A program made the translations under genes and the position numbers. A stretch of 64,000 nt of DNA from Callorhinchus milii (lineage: Eukaryota): the NCBI RefSeq assembly GCF_018977255.1, contig NW_024704742.1, positions 46,440,001 through 46,504,000 on the forward strand. The letters run 5' to 3'. How positions within the stretch are numbered: the stretch's first letter is position 1; each line of letters begins with the position of its first letter. Positions 52,947 to 64,000 of this stretch are shown one piece after another. Below the pieces are notes generated by a model. That model saw nothing but the letters and a program-made list of their open reading frames with translations, had not been told where the DNA came from and ran no database searches.

Positions 52947-54837
52947 GCAAAAGACTTACAGAAAACCAAGGAAAAGAGTGAAAACCAATTAAGTGTTGTT
53001 GGTTTGACCCTCATTCCCAAAAGAATGCGCTTACTTGAAATTACATGATCTATGTTAAACTACTGACATCTATACTTACTTACTTAGCCTTCAAACATGA
53101 AAGCAAACAAAGTGTTGACACAAAGTATTAAAATGATCTCACTGGTCTTATTCTGCACTGAGTTACAATGTTGCTCATGATTGACCCTAAATAAACAGAG
53201 GCAATTGGGTGAATTGATAAATGCTTTCACAAATGATTCTTGAAAAGGGAATGAGCTCCAGCCTTCATGAGTGAGTGAAGATAGAAGTAATCTTTGCATT
53301 CATATAATGCCATACATGTCAGGAGGACAGCTTAAAATGCTTCACAAAATTTATTGTAAATTGTAGTGACTGTATTTTGTAGGTGAGCATGACAGCCAAT
53401 CTGTGCACACCAATGTCCCATAAACAGCCATGAATTGAATGACTATTTCTTTTACTGGGAATTTGTTGGGTAGTCCACGATGATAATATTATCATAAAAT
53501 TTGTCATGGACTATTCTATTTTATCCTGTTTTTAAGGGAAAACATTAATTTATTGAGTACAGTATTGTGATACTATTTGCAGTCCAATATATCAGTTGAA
53601 GCTTCATTGAGTTAATTTTGTCTCCCTAATGTAACATACCCAGCATTTCATTGGAGTGGAAAAGAATTACTGAATCCCCAAGGAAAAGAGAGTCAAAACT
53701 AATGAAGTGTTGTGGTTTGACAAATGGAATAATTGGCTGCCGCATTTTGCCCACAAAATACACAGTCAATTCACTTTCCAGGATAGTTTCAAAGACATGA
53801 TAAGGTGCTATATCAAATGCAAGGATTATTATTATTATCCACACTGACATAAACATGAGGATATAAATAGTAATAATAATAATAATTGCATTTGCAACAA
53901 GACCTGAAAGGCATTTTATCAAAAGGTTTCACAGGATTTACTTTAAAATGCAGTGTATAATTGGTAGGCAAACACCAATCAAGCTAAATATTGCCTTGAA
54001 ACACTTGTCACCAGTGAGTATCCACAGCCCACATGATCATAGAAGGATTACAACACATAAGATAATTGGACAAAATTGCAAAATTGTGGTCTGTGGTGGT
54101 GTTAATTCCAATTGTTTTTTTTAAAAATTATTTTAAAATATTTAATTTTATTTTGTACCTCTACCTTTTAAGTTTATTTTTCCTCAAGTAATTATCCAGT
54201 TCCCATTTATATATTACAAACTCACCTTCAACAGCTATTTTTAGTAACCCATTCAACATGCTATCAACCCTTGGTGTAACAATATTTCTTCTAAACTCTC
54301 CTGTTTTTGCTTCTCGTGATAAACCAGAAAGAATGTGACAAATCCCATGTAAAGAAATAGTTACTCCAGCAGCTTGTTGATCGCAAATGCCTCATTAAAT
54401 GATATTTTCCTGTACTATTTTAAAGCAGCAAATATTGTGCCTAACCATGGAAAAAGGATCAAAGTAAAACACTCTGAAGTATAGCAAAATATTGAGCTGC
54501 ATGGGCTACTTGTGCACCTCTGTCATTATAGTATCTTGCTATTATTAGCATTGTCAATCATGTCAAATCTTATGAAAGCTAAAATCAATGGCAAGTTGTT
54601 GCAACATATTAGTCACAACAATCTGGACTCCAAAGCAAATTGGTCAACATTTGACACTCTCGATCTCACAGTCCATTAATTTGTAATGTGAAGGGACAAT
54701 ATTAGGCTTCAACACTTCCTGAGATTTTAATAGAGCATAGAATCTGAGCCTCATTAGGAAGCTGCTCAGTATGTCTTCTTCTATGAGGTGCTGTCCTCTC
54801 CTGTACGCATAAACAACTTCTTCAGAGGATATTTACC

Positions 54838-54988
54838 AACCTGGCTCAGTTAGAAGCACTCTCACGTTTGAGTGAGAAGGTTGTTGGTTCAAGCCCCACA
54901 TCAAAATTTTGAACTCATGGTCTAGGATGACGATTCAGTGCAGGGCTTGGTGTGTGCTGCATTGTTAAAGGTGCAGACCTTTGAATGA
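54838..54988 (+). mobile_element. DeuSINE 5' half (its 3' half lies inverted at 55730-55804 plus 57008-57098)
   Basis: cctggctcagttagaagcactctc...ggttcaagccccac head ends at ctttgaatga, just before the consensus ttaaaccgagg. Confidence 0.85.
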
Positions 54989-55117
54989 CAAAATAAAGTG
55001 GGGTCACAGCTGTTTTTCTGATGCTGCCCCACAAAACTATTCCAATAGTCAATTGATGTCCTTGTATCATGAATCAACTCTTCTTTGTTAATAATAATAC
55101 TTACATTTGATATTGGT

Positions 55118-55724
55118 GATGTTCATACCTTCATCACCTCCAGGATCGACTATGCAAACGCCCTGCTTGTCGGCCTTCCCAACTCCTCCCTCCACAGGCT
55201 GCAGATAATCCAGAAATCTGCAGCGCATGTCCTCTCCCGCATCAAACTCCGTGACCCGATCTCCCCCCACTCTCGCCCGACTCCACTGGCCACCTATCCT
55301 TCAGAGGATCCAGTTCAAGATCCTGGTCCTCACATACAAAGCCCTCCATGGCCTCGCCCCACCCTACCTCTGTGACCTCCTAAACCCCTACCAACCCGCC
55401 CGCTTCCTCCGCTCAGCCGGCTCTGGCCTGCTCCATGTTCCCCGACCATCCACCCCACCATTGGCGGGAGAGCCTTCAGATACTCTGCCCCCAATCTCTG
55501 GAATTCCATCCCCCAATCACTCCGTCTCTCCCCCTCCTTAGCCTCCTTCAAGTCCCGTCTCAAGACCCTCCTCTTTGACCATGCCATCGGCCACCTCTCT
55601 TCTCCTCCACTCCCTTCCCCCCTAACCCCAGCTCGGGTCTGAAATGCTGTGCTCTGTTCAGCACCTTGGGACGTCCTCCCGACGTGAAAGGCACTATACA
55701 AATGTAATCTTGTTGTTGTTGTTG
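55118..55724 (+). mobile_element. Young L2 3' fragment
   Basis: FITSRIDYANALLVGLPNSSLHRLQIIQKSAA; LARLHWPPILQRIQFKILVLTYKALHGLAPPYL; (GTT)n tail. Confidence 0.96.
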
Positions 55725-55804
55725 TGGTACCTTTCTTACTGGGAGGATATCTCAAGGCGCTTCACAGAATTCATTGTTAAAATTTAGTAAATGTATTTTG
55801 TAGG

Positions 55805-57007
55805 TGCCTTCAACACTGTCAACCACTCCATCCTCATACACCGCCTCTCCGCTTTACTCAACCTTCACGGACCTGCCCTTGCCTGATTCGATTCCTATCT
55901 CTCTCACCGTCTCCCCTTCGTTACCTCTAATGGTTTCTCCTCCAGCCCCCGCACTGTCACATGGTGTCCCCCAGGGCTCTGTCCTTGGCCCTCTCCTCTT
56001 TAATATCTACATGCTGCCCCTTGGTGACATCATCCGCAGACATGGGGTCAACTTCCACATGTATGCAGATGACACCCAACTCTATCTTTCTGCTCCACCC
56101 TCAACTCCAGGACCATTGCTGTCCTGACAGACTGTCTGTCAGACATCAAGTCCTGGATGAGGGCAAATTTCCTACAGTTGAATGTGAACAAAATTGAGGC
56201 CCTTCTGATTGGCTCACGCCAGCGCCTCAGCACCTCAGGCTCTGGCAGCATCAACCTCCATGGTTGCACACTTCAACTCACCAGCCAGTCAGGAACCCAG
56301 GGGTCTTGTTCGACCCTCCAATTTCTTTTCTTCCCCATATCCAAGCCATGACCCGCTCTGCCTTCCCTCACCTTGTAACGCTGCCCGATTCCACCACTAC
56401 CTCAGCCCTCAGGCCACTGAAACTCTTGTTGATGTCTTCATCACCTCCAGGCTCGACTATGCAAATGCCCTGCTTGTCGGCCTTCCCAACTCCACCCTCC
56501 ACAGGCTGCAGATAATCCAGAACTCTGCAGCCCGTGTCCTCTCTCGCACCAAACTCCGTGACCCCATCTCCCCCACTCTCGCCCGACTCCATTGGCTCTC
56601 TATCCTTCAGAGGATCCAGTTCAAGATCCTGGTCCTCACATACAAAGCTCTCCATGGCCTCGCCCCACCCTACCTCTGCGACCGCCTAACCCCCTACCAA
56701 CCCGCCCGTTCCCTCCACTCAGCCGGCTCTGGCCTGGTCCACGTCCCACCTGCCCCACCATTGGCAGGACAGCCTCCAACCTCTGGAATTCCATCCCCCA
56801 GTTACTCCGTCTTGCCCCCTCCTTAGCCTCCTTCAAGTCCTGTCTCAAGACCTTCCTCTTCGACCATGCCATCGGCCATCCCTCTTCCCCTCCCCTCCCT
56901 TCCCCCCCCAACCCCAGCTTGGGTCTATAATGCTGTACTCTGTCCAGCACCTTGGGACTTCCTCCCGACATGAATGGCGCTATACAAATGTAATCTTGTT
57001 GTTGTTG
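55805..57007 (+). mobile_element. Young L2, ~1.2 kb, inserted in a DeuSINE
   Basis: [18 protein letters not shown]...MYADDTQLY through to the 3' end and (GTT)n. The flanks tttgtaggtg and aatgtggtagcc rejoin into SINE consensus. Confidence 0.96.
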
Positions 57008-57203
57008 AATGTGGTAGCCAGTTTACGCACAGCAATGTCTCATATTGAATAGTGCCAATGGGATCTTTAACATCCACCTGAACAGTACCTTGGCTTAAAG
57101 CTGTGACCCCACTTTATTTTGTCTTCAGTGACTTAATGATTGTCAACAAAGGTAATGTTGTTTTGGCACAAGCACAGTGTTGAACTCTTCTGATGAAAGA
57201 CAA

Positions 57204-57508
57204 GTAGAGTCCTGTAGCTCAGGGTTTAGAACACTCGCCTTGCAAGTGAGAGACCTGTGTTCAATTCCTAGCAGGGCAAAATCTTGGGCAAGTTTCCTTA
57301 TTCCACACACCTGATAATAATCCCTCAGAAAAAAAAACAATAATAAATTGGTCATTTTCAATCCAGGACTGTTTGTGGGACACTGCTGTGCGCAATTGGC
57401 TGTCACATTTTGCCCATAAATATACAGTCAATTCACTTTACAGTTTATTCTGAGAAGCATTTTGAGACATCTAGAAGATGTGAAAAGCGCTATACCAAAT
57501 GCAAAAGA
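57204..57508 (+). mobile_element. SINE family B, internally deleted form
   Basis: gtagagtcctgtagctcagggtttagaacactcgccttgcaagtgagag head; junction ccacacacctgataataatccctc. Confidence 0.9.
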
Positions 57509-57720
57509 TGTGGGCAAAATGTGGCAGCCCATTGCAGTGTCCCACAAACAGTCATGGATTGAGTGACCAAATTATTATTTTATTTATTTATTGTTTTCTT
57601 GAGGGATTATTATCAGGCGTGTGGAGTAAGGAAACTTGCCCAAGGATTTGCCTGCCGGGAATCAAACCCAGGTCTCTCGCTTGCGAGGCGAGTGCTCTAA
57701 CCACTGAGCTACAGGACGCC
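57509..57720 (-). mobile_element. SINE family B, internally deleted form lacking its tail, abutting the previous copy in inverted orientation
   Basis: gagggattattatcaggcgtgtggagtaaggaaacttgccc...gctctaaccactgagctacaggac. Confidence 0.9.
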
Positions 57721-57779
57721 AAATTCAGATTCACAAGGAGGCACCTAGCTCATTTGAATTACCACCCTATCCTTATCCT

Positions 57780-58095
57780 ATCATAGCTGCAAGCTGTTTT
57801 TTAAATGGTTATAGGTTTCTCATCTCAACCATTCTTCCTGACAACCTGATAGGAACAGGAGGAGGCCATTCAGCCCTTTGAACCTGTTCCACCATTTAAT
57901 TACATCATGGCTGATCTGTACCTCAACTAATCCTTTCAATTCCAATTTCCCACTCTCTCCCCATATGCCTTAATGCCCTGACCTGCTCCGGTTGTTAATT
58001 CCGCTCTGGATAAAGGAAAACTTCCTGGTATCTGTCCTGAAATTTCTCTTTCCAATTCTTTTTCTTGGTGCATCATAGGTATTGTTCTGGGTTTA
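57780..58095 (-). mobile_element. Two nested CR1 3' fragments
   Basis: ataggaacaggaggaggccattcagccctttgaacctgttcc (CR1 3' UTR) sits within an older CR1 (cttcctggtatctgtcctgaaattt). Confidence 0.7.
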
Positions 58096-58119
58096 ATAAT
58101 AAATCTTGCCTTTAATAAT

Positions 58120-58450
58120 ATTACAATAATAATAAGCCTTGCATTTGATATAGTGCCTTATCATGTCGTTGATTTGTGTCAAAGCACTTCACAAGATATA
58201 ATGGGCATAGGTTTCTCATTTGACTGTGTGTTTGTGTATTTTGTGGGCAAAAGTGGTAGCCAGTTGCGCACAGCAATGTCCCAAGGTTTAATATCTCATC
58301 TGAAGGGTGGCACCTCCTACAATGCAACATCCCCTGGCACTCCTTTTAAGGAGTGTCATTTTTGACTGTATGAGATCAAGTCCCGATTTGGGATTTGAAT
58401 CCAAAATCTTCTAAGTCAGAGACGAGAGTGCAACCACTGAGCCAAGCTAA
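58120..58450 (-). mobile_element. DeuSINE with internal deletion
   Basis: Tail and head (caaccactgagccaagct) are present; gcaatgtccc is joined directly to aaggtttaatatctcatc. Confidence 0.82.
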
Positions 58451-59726
58451 TATAGTGCCTTATCATATTGTAAAAGCAATTCATAGGATATACTATAAAG
58501 TTATATGGATTAAGTTTTGTATGTGCCACTATAGAGGCTGAATTTGGAATGTTGCATTTAAATTTGGGAGTGCTACCTTCAAAAGGTCATTGATATTTAG
58601 GGAGAGTTCAGAAAGGAATGAAAGAAAAGTTTGAGACCTTAGCCCTTCAAGTTGTAACTGGACACACACATATATAGATTTGTGTCTGTTACAGAAAATA
58701 ATATAATTCATTTTTTTTTATTTAGAAGATGAATGGATAATGTGGATATAAAGCAGATTATTTAATTTGGACTGTAAGCAAAGAACTCAAGGAGCTGAAT
58801 ATAAAATTAGCGAGCCTCAAGCATGACTTGACATTTGAGAGATTCTGTTTTCCATCGAGTAGAGCATATGTGAAATAGATTTCCAGCTAAAACAGCTAAT
58901 GTTGTGCCAATTAGGCTGGTTGAATATCTTGTTAGGAACTGGACTTGGGGTTATTTGAAGAAGCAGAGACATAGATGATTAAATGCTGGGTGGAACATAA
59001 TAGCTCCTTAGCTGCTGGTGGCATGAAAATGTCATCTCAAGGAAAGCAAGTGATCAAGGATGAATGAAATAGAATATAAGCTTAGATACTCTGCTATTTG
59101 CTTGCTATAATTTTAGAGGGGAAAGCGAGAAACTTTGCAGTAGGTCATTTTCATTAGCTATACAGTTAGACATATTTTTTGTAAGTGTGCAGTGACATGA
59201 TGGTTTCCTTTTTGCCTTTTTTCCAATCCTCCTTTTATCCTGGTTGTTAAAATGAAGTTTGACTGTAATCTAAGGATCCTTCTGTATCACTTGTATTCCT
59301 TTACTTCACACTGGCATAACATTCCCTCAACGCAGCGGTTACAATCCCATTTCCTCGCTGTGAGAGATTCATGTTGGTATTCAGAGGAAAAGATTTTATA
59401 ATTTACTGTTTTCCAAATCAGAAATGTTTATCGGTTCCGATGTACAGGCAAACAATAAATAAAATATAGTAATTAAAAACCAACATTCAAATTTGGATAG
59501 ATAGAAAAGGTTACAGACTATGAATTTTACTGGTTTGCAATTTCTCGCCTCAAGCGCAAGCGAAACAGCACAGCTCATTTTTTATCTGGGGGATTGTCAC
59601 CAGTACATTTCAAAAGGAAACCCTTTTAAATATTCCTTCTTCATATTAGCAATGAAGAAGTCCTCTAACAAACAAAACATTTCCACCCAGTAATTAGTAG
59701 GTAGAGGTAGATCTTCACCCTTCTAT

Positions 59727-59948
59727 GGGCCTGAAATTCCACTTTGTCTTAAGACAATGAGACCATCTAGCTTTAAAAATTAAGATCACATAAGATTCTT
59801 CAATTTAGTCCTAAATTGGAAGTTGATTCTTTTTAAGAGTGGCCTCCAAATTAAGGATGAATGTAAGAATTTTCCACAATTCTGCACGATTTTGAATTTT
59901 AAGACAAGTTGTGGTCTCACAGGCTATGTCTATATGGAATTCCAGGCA
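59727..59948. mobile_element. Palindromic MITE-like element
   Basis: Terminal inverted repeats gcctgaaattcca / tggaattccaggc, with internal inverted pairs tgagacca / tggtctca and tcctaaattgga / tccaaattaagga. Confidence 0.65.
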
Positions 59949-60414
59949 TGACCTCGCTAAACTTAGCCTTTTAGAAATGAGGAAAGAAAATCTAAACAGT
60001 TATCCAGGGGCTTTTTATGTTTCTGAACCTGAGTCATTATGGACTTGAAACAGATACCTCCATCCAAAAAATCCTTAAACTTCAAGCAATTGCACAGAGG
60101 TGAAGCACAATCAATTCCTTGAAAACAAACAGGCTTTATAAATGGGTCATCTTCACAAAAACTTTAAGATCACAATGACCTTATATATATTCCCTCAACA
60201 GCACGCTAGGAGCTTGAGGTAAAATTGACTTGAAAATTTTGCTGAAAATGCGTCAATCTAAAAATTAGCTTTGGTACAAATAATGGCCTTGCCAAACCAA
60301 AGATGTATTGGCAGATTTTGCAAACAGAAGTGAATTGAGATGTTACACAATCAATTCCAGTGAAGTTCGCTCTGTTAGATGGAGGCAAGCATTCTTCCAT
60401 TTATATTAGATGTT

Positions 60415-60852
60415 ACCCTGGAGTATGTGGTAGTACTTTCTCTTCTGAGTCAGAAGATTGTAGATTGAAGCCACATTTTGGGGGTTTGAAGTCACAGTCA
60501 AGACTGACACTCCAATAGAGTGCTGGGGTTGTCCTGCATTTCTAGAAGGTACCTTCCTTCAGATGAGACGTTAAACTGAGATTCTGTCTGATTGTTCAGG
60601 TGCATGTTAAAGATCCCATTGCACTGTTGAAAAGAAAAGGGAGTTTCTCCCTGTGTCCTGGTCAACAATCCCTTCAATAAAGTAGGGCCTTCACTTCATG
60701 GCTGTTTGTGGAACATTGCTTGGTGCAAATTGTCTGCCGTGTTTGCATACAAAACACAGACACTCCATGTTACAGTAATCCTTGAAACGCATTGAGATAA
60801 CCTCCCGATGTGAAAAGCGATATATCAAACGATTATTTATTATCATTACTTA
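60415..60852 (+). mobile_element. Near full-length DeuSINE
   Basis: ggtagtactttctcttctgagtcagaagattg head; cagatgagacgttaaactgag...gttaaagatccc Deu domain; tail. Confidence 0.88.
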
Positions 60853-61004
60853 TCAAGATGGTAAACTGAGGAAGAGGGAATTTGCATTCTTTCACCCCCA
60901 TTCCCAGGAAATTTCCTTATTTTTTGTCAAAAAGGTACAAGTTGAAAAGGAAAGCAGGAATCTTAAAATATATATCTTTCAAAGCTCGGAAGAAGAAGAA
61001 TTTA

Positions 61005-61432
61005 TTTTATAATAATTATCCTTACATTTTGTATAAGGCCTTTTACGTCAGGAGGACGTGCAACTGTTTCAGAAGATATACTGTAGAGTGAAGTGACTGT
61101 GTGTTTTGTGGATGGAAGCAGCAGCCAATTTAAGCACAGCAATGTTCCAAATCTTCCAATGAAGTAAAAGACCACATTTGTTGGGGGATTGTCACCCACC
61201 GGAAGAAACTGGCTTCTCTTTTCTAAAAGTACCATTGCATCTTTAATGTCCACCTGAAAAAGTAGACGCGACATTGAATCCATCCGAAGGACGGAACCTC
61301 AGACAATGCAAAGCACTCCCAACGCTGCATTGGAGTGTCAGCTTGGGCTGTTTGAATTCCAAGTCCTGACATGGAGCTTGAATGCAAGCCTTCTGACTCA
61401 CAAGTGAGAGCGCTACCAACTGAGCCAGGCTA
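61005..61432 (-). mobile_element. Near full-length DeuSINE, tail-to-tail with the previous copy
   Basis: Ends gagcgctaccaactgagccaggct (head); Deu domain atctttaatgtccacctgaa. Confidence 0.88.
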
Positions 61433-62721
61433 GTAAAAACCATACTAAAAGCATAAGGACAATATGTTACTCTGCATGTTAGCATCTCACTATCACATTG
61501 GATTTACCTTAAAAATATTAATTTTAATTCAAAATGCCGACTAGCACTGGAGGTAGACTTCATTGAAACCGAGTTCCCACAGTTGTCATAATCCACTTCC
61601 TCGTACTGGCAGTCGATTATTTGCAATTCAGTGTCACTTTGCGAATTCAGGCAGCAAATGCCGAATCTTCAGATATGTTCAAACAATACAGTTTGTTGGA
61701 AATGGAATCATCCCCCTAGCGTGACAAGGAGTGTTCTTTCTAAAATTGGGGTTAAAGTATTTTGTTGGGGTGATGTAAAAATTCTATAGGGCTGCTAAGT
61801 TATGGTATGCATAATATGATTCTGTCACTAGATGAAAAAGAAGGAAATTGTTTAATTCTACAATACTATCATCCATCATTTGAAGAACACAAATTTCACA
61901 CAGCAATGAGAGGAAGAGGGAGCCTGCTGCAAAATAGATTTTGAGTTTGCAACCTTACGAATTTAACCTTGTGAAAGGCTTAAGTGCTTCTCTTTATAAT
62001 CTGTTATTGACACTGGTTGCATATAACCATGAGATCCATGGTTGTAAATTCTAGTGAAGCTTGAAGAGGGAAAAAAGCAACATAACCAAAAAACAATCTA
62101 CATTCGGGTGGTTTAATGACTTTTTTTCCGCTCAAAGACTATTACACTTTCAAAAAATGAATGAAAATTACTTACAGGAATAACTGAAGCAAAACCAAAG
62201 CCTAGGAAAATAAATTAAATAGATTATTCCATTATCATTAAATTATATTATGTAAATTACTCTATAACATGTTTGCCTTTTTATATATTGGTTAAGACTT
62301 ATCTGGCATTATTTGTAGCAGAAGTCAAGAGAATTATTTTTTTTCTCGAACCTGGGAATGGAAACATAGTTTTCAAATGTTCTTCCTCCCCAAGTTTCTT
62401 TTGAAGGTGGTGGTTTACACTGTGTTATTGCTCTTTGAGTATCTGTCATCCTTTAGTTCTTTACCCAATTGAGAGAGGAATCACAACTGAGTCCAATCTT
62501 CCCGTCAACCAAGCTAAATACTGTGCCAGCTGAGATCAACAAAATGACAAGGCCCATGTTTCAAGCCAGGGTCTTTGCAATTATATTGAAGTGATATTTT
62601 TGTAGAACTAAAGAATCTGTTAGAAATTGACACATTTTCGACACCAAGAATGATTTCCACTGGTGTGGCATTTAACAATAAGATTAATTGAGGCCAAATT
62701 TCCCTGTTAGCATCCTCTGAA

Positions 62722-63112
62722 ACAACAATTTGCATTTATAAAGCACGCTTCACACGGGGTAGAATTTTGGAACACTTAACAGTCTCAGAATTTTACGCCA
62801 AGCTGGGGGTAAAGGAGAAGTCAATGGTAAATACGGTCAATGAGGAAAGACTTCAGGTGCAATCTAAAGACAGGTAATGAGGGGACAAGATGAAGGATTG
62901 AGGCAGGGGAAGTTCCAAGGCTTTGTAGTAATTGAAAGTGCGGCTGCCAGTGGTGGAGCGGAGGGGACGAGAGTTGTGCAGAAGGATGGGTGGATGAGTG
63001 AAGGGGGCAGATAGAGGAGTGGAATATAAGTAGGTTGGACAGGTGTAAGGGTATGAAGTGATTTTCCCACAAATATGAGGATCTTGAAATCCATCCCTTC
63101 AATCTGTTTCTG
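62722..63112 (-). mobile_element. Older L2 3' end
   Basis: QIEGMDFKILIFV, FRLHLKSFLIDR; terminal tgcatttataaagcacgcttcac. Confidence 0.85.
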
Positions 63113-63169
63113 ATCCAAAACATTCCTGCTCTCCCCAAGAATAACTGCTGGTGCTGCGGTCGAGGTATA

Positions 63170-63342
63170 ATCCATATTGGTTTACAAGAGGGAATTAAAC
63201 AGATATCTAAAAAGGAATCCTTTGCAGAAGAATGGGGAAAAGAAAGGCAAATAGGAGTGAATGGATTGCTCTTTCAAAGAGTCAGTGCAGGTACAATGGG
63301 CTTAATGGCCTTCTTCTGTGCTGTAGATATCAATGATTCTGC
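63170..63342 (+). mobile_element. CR1 3' end
   Basis: tttacaagagggaattaaacagatatcta...ggattgctctttcaaagagtcagtgcaggtacaatgggcttaatggccttcttctgtgctgt. Confidence 0.85.
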
Positions 63343-64000
63343 AAGTACCTATAATCTCTCTGACTTGCTAGTAAAAATGTACTTGACAGCCAGTGTCACA
63401 GACGTGTCTTTATTTTCCCTGGTAGCCATGCTTCCAAAAGTACACAATTGTTGCACTTTACAATATATCCTGCAAAGCGCTTTGAGACATTTAACAGAAA
63501 TGCATATGTTCGCTGGGCAACTAGTATAAAGTCTCATCCATCATCCTAAGTGGCTAGGGATGCTCCTTGCTTTAAATTTGGCAAGACCTAAGAAATATTT
63601 TTCTTATATATATATACCAGACTGACAAAAGGAAATGGCTATTTCCCAGCATGGCTTATTACACCCATTTTTATCCTTAGTCATACTTGTTTGCTGAATG
63701 TTTACTACAACACTTTGGGCAATGTAAATTGCTAGAATCGCGCAAGTCAATATTAGCTGGTATAAGCTTTGTTTGTTGAAAACATACAGTAGGCCTGACT
63801 GAAAATTGACACAAGCTCACATTCTCTCGAAGGTCTGGTTCATTCTTATCTGATACACAGTACAATTATATGCATGGATGGTTGCAAGTTTACCTCTGGC
63901 AAAAGCTGAGTTAAGTCTTTTATATGAATAGTCCATCAACAGTCTGACTCAGCTCGTTGCCATGAAGGTCACAGATGTAAGGCTGGCTCACAATAACCTT

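Noticed and set aside
57640..57720. tRNA-like sequences (also near 6850-6928, 50330-50400 and 57204-57280)
   Set aside because: They are SINE heads that continue into SINE bodies, not stand-alone tRNA genes.
1..64000. Prokaryote-style systems (CRISPR arrays, operons, retrons) suggested by RT ORFs and recurring repeats
   Set aside because: The DNA is vertebrate-like, the RTs are fragmented L2/CR1 copies, and the repeats are dispersed and diverged rather than regularly spaced.

Overview
Repeat-rich, AT-rich, CpG-depleted eukaryotic DNA, most likely intronic or intergenic sequence from a cartilaginous fish. That taxon call is inferred from the repeats: SacSINE1-like DeuSINEs, L2 and CR1 LINEs, and a Penelope-type hammerhead repeat. 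No multi-exon gene can be built from the window, and the recognisable ORFs in the track are L2/CR1 reverse-transcriptase debris or SINE read-through. The main non-obvious signals are: (1) a candidate 33-nt frame-preserving microexon on the minus strand (36209-36241); (2) a ~2.1-kb inversion that splits a DeuSINE and carries a perfect 25-bp inverted duplication at its breakpoints (54987-57123); (3) a perfect 96-bp direct repeat spaced 1142 bp apart; (4) a chimeric tRNA/Meta-like/Deu-tail SINE with an internally deleted subfamily; (5) an L2 with its putative 5' end fused to its 3' end; (6) an ancient RTE-like LINE whose putative 3' UTR recurs five times; (7) an inverted pair of L1/Tx1-type ORF1 relics; (8) a degenerate hammerhead ribozyme. 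I found no convincing evidence of a new multi-gene system. Repeat boundaries were read by eye and are approximate, and family names come from recalled consensus features, not database searches.
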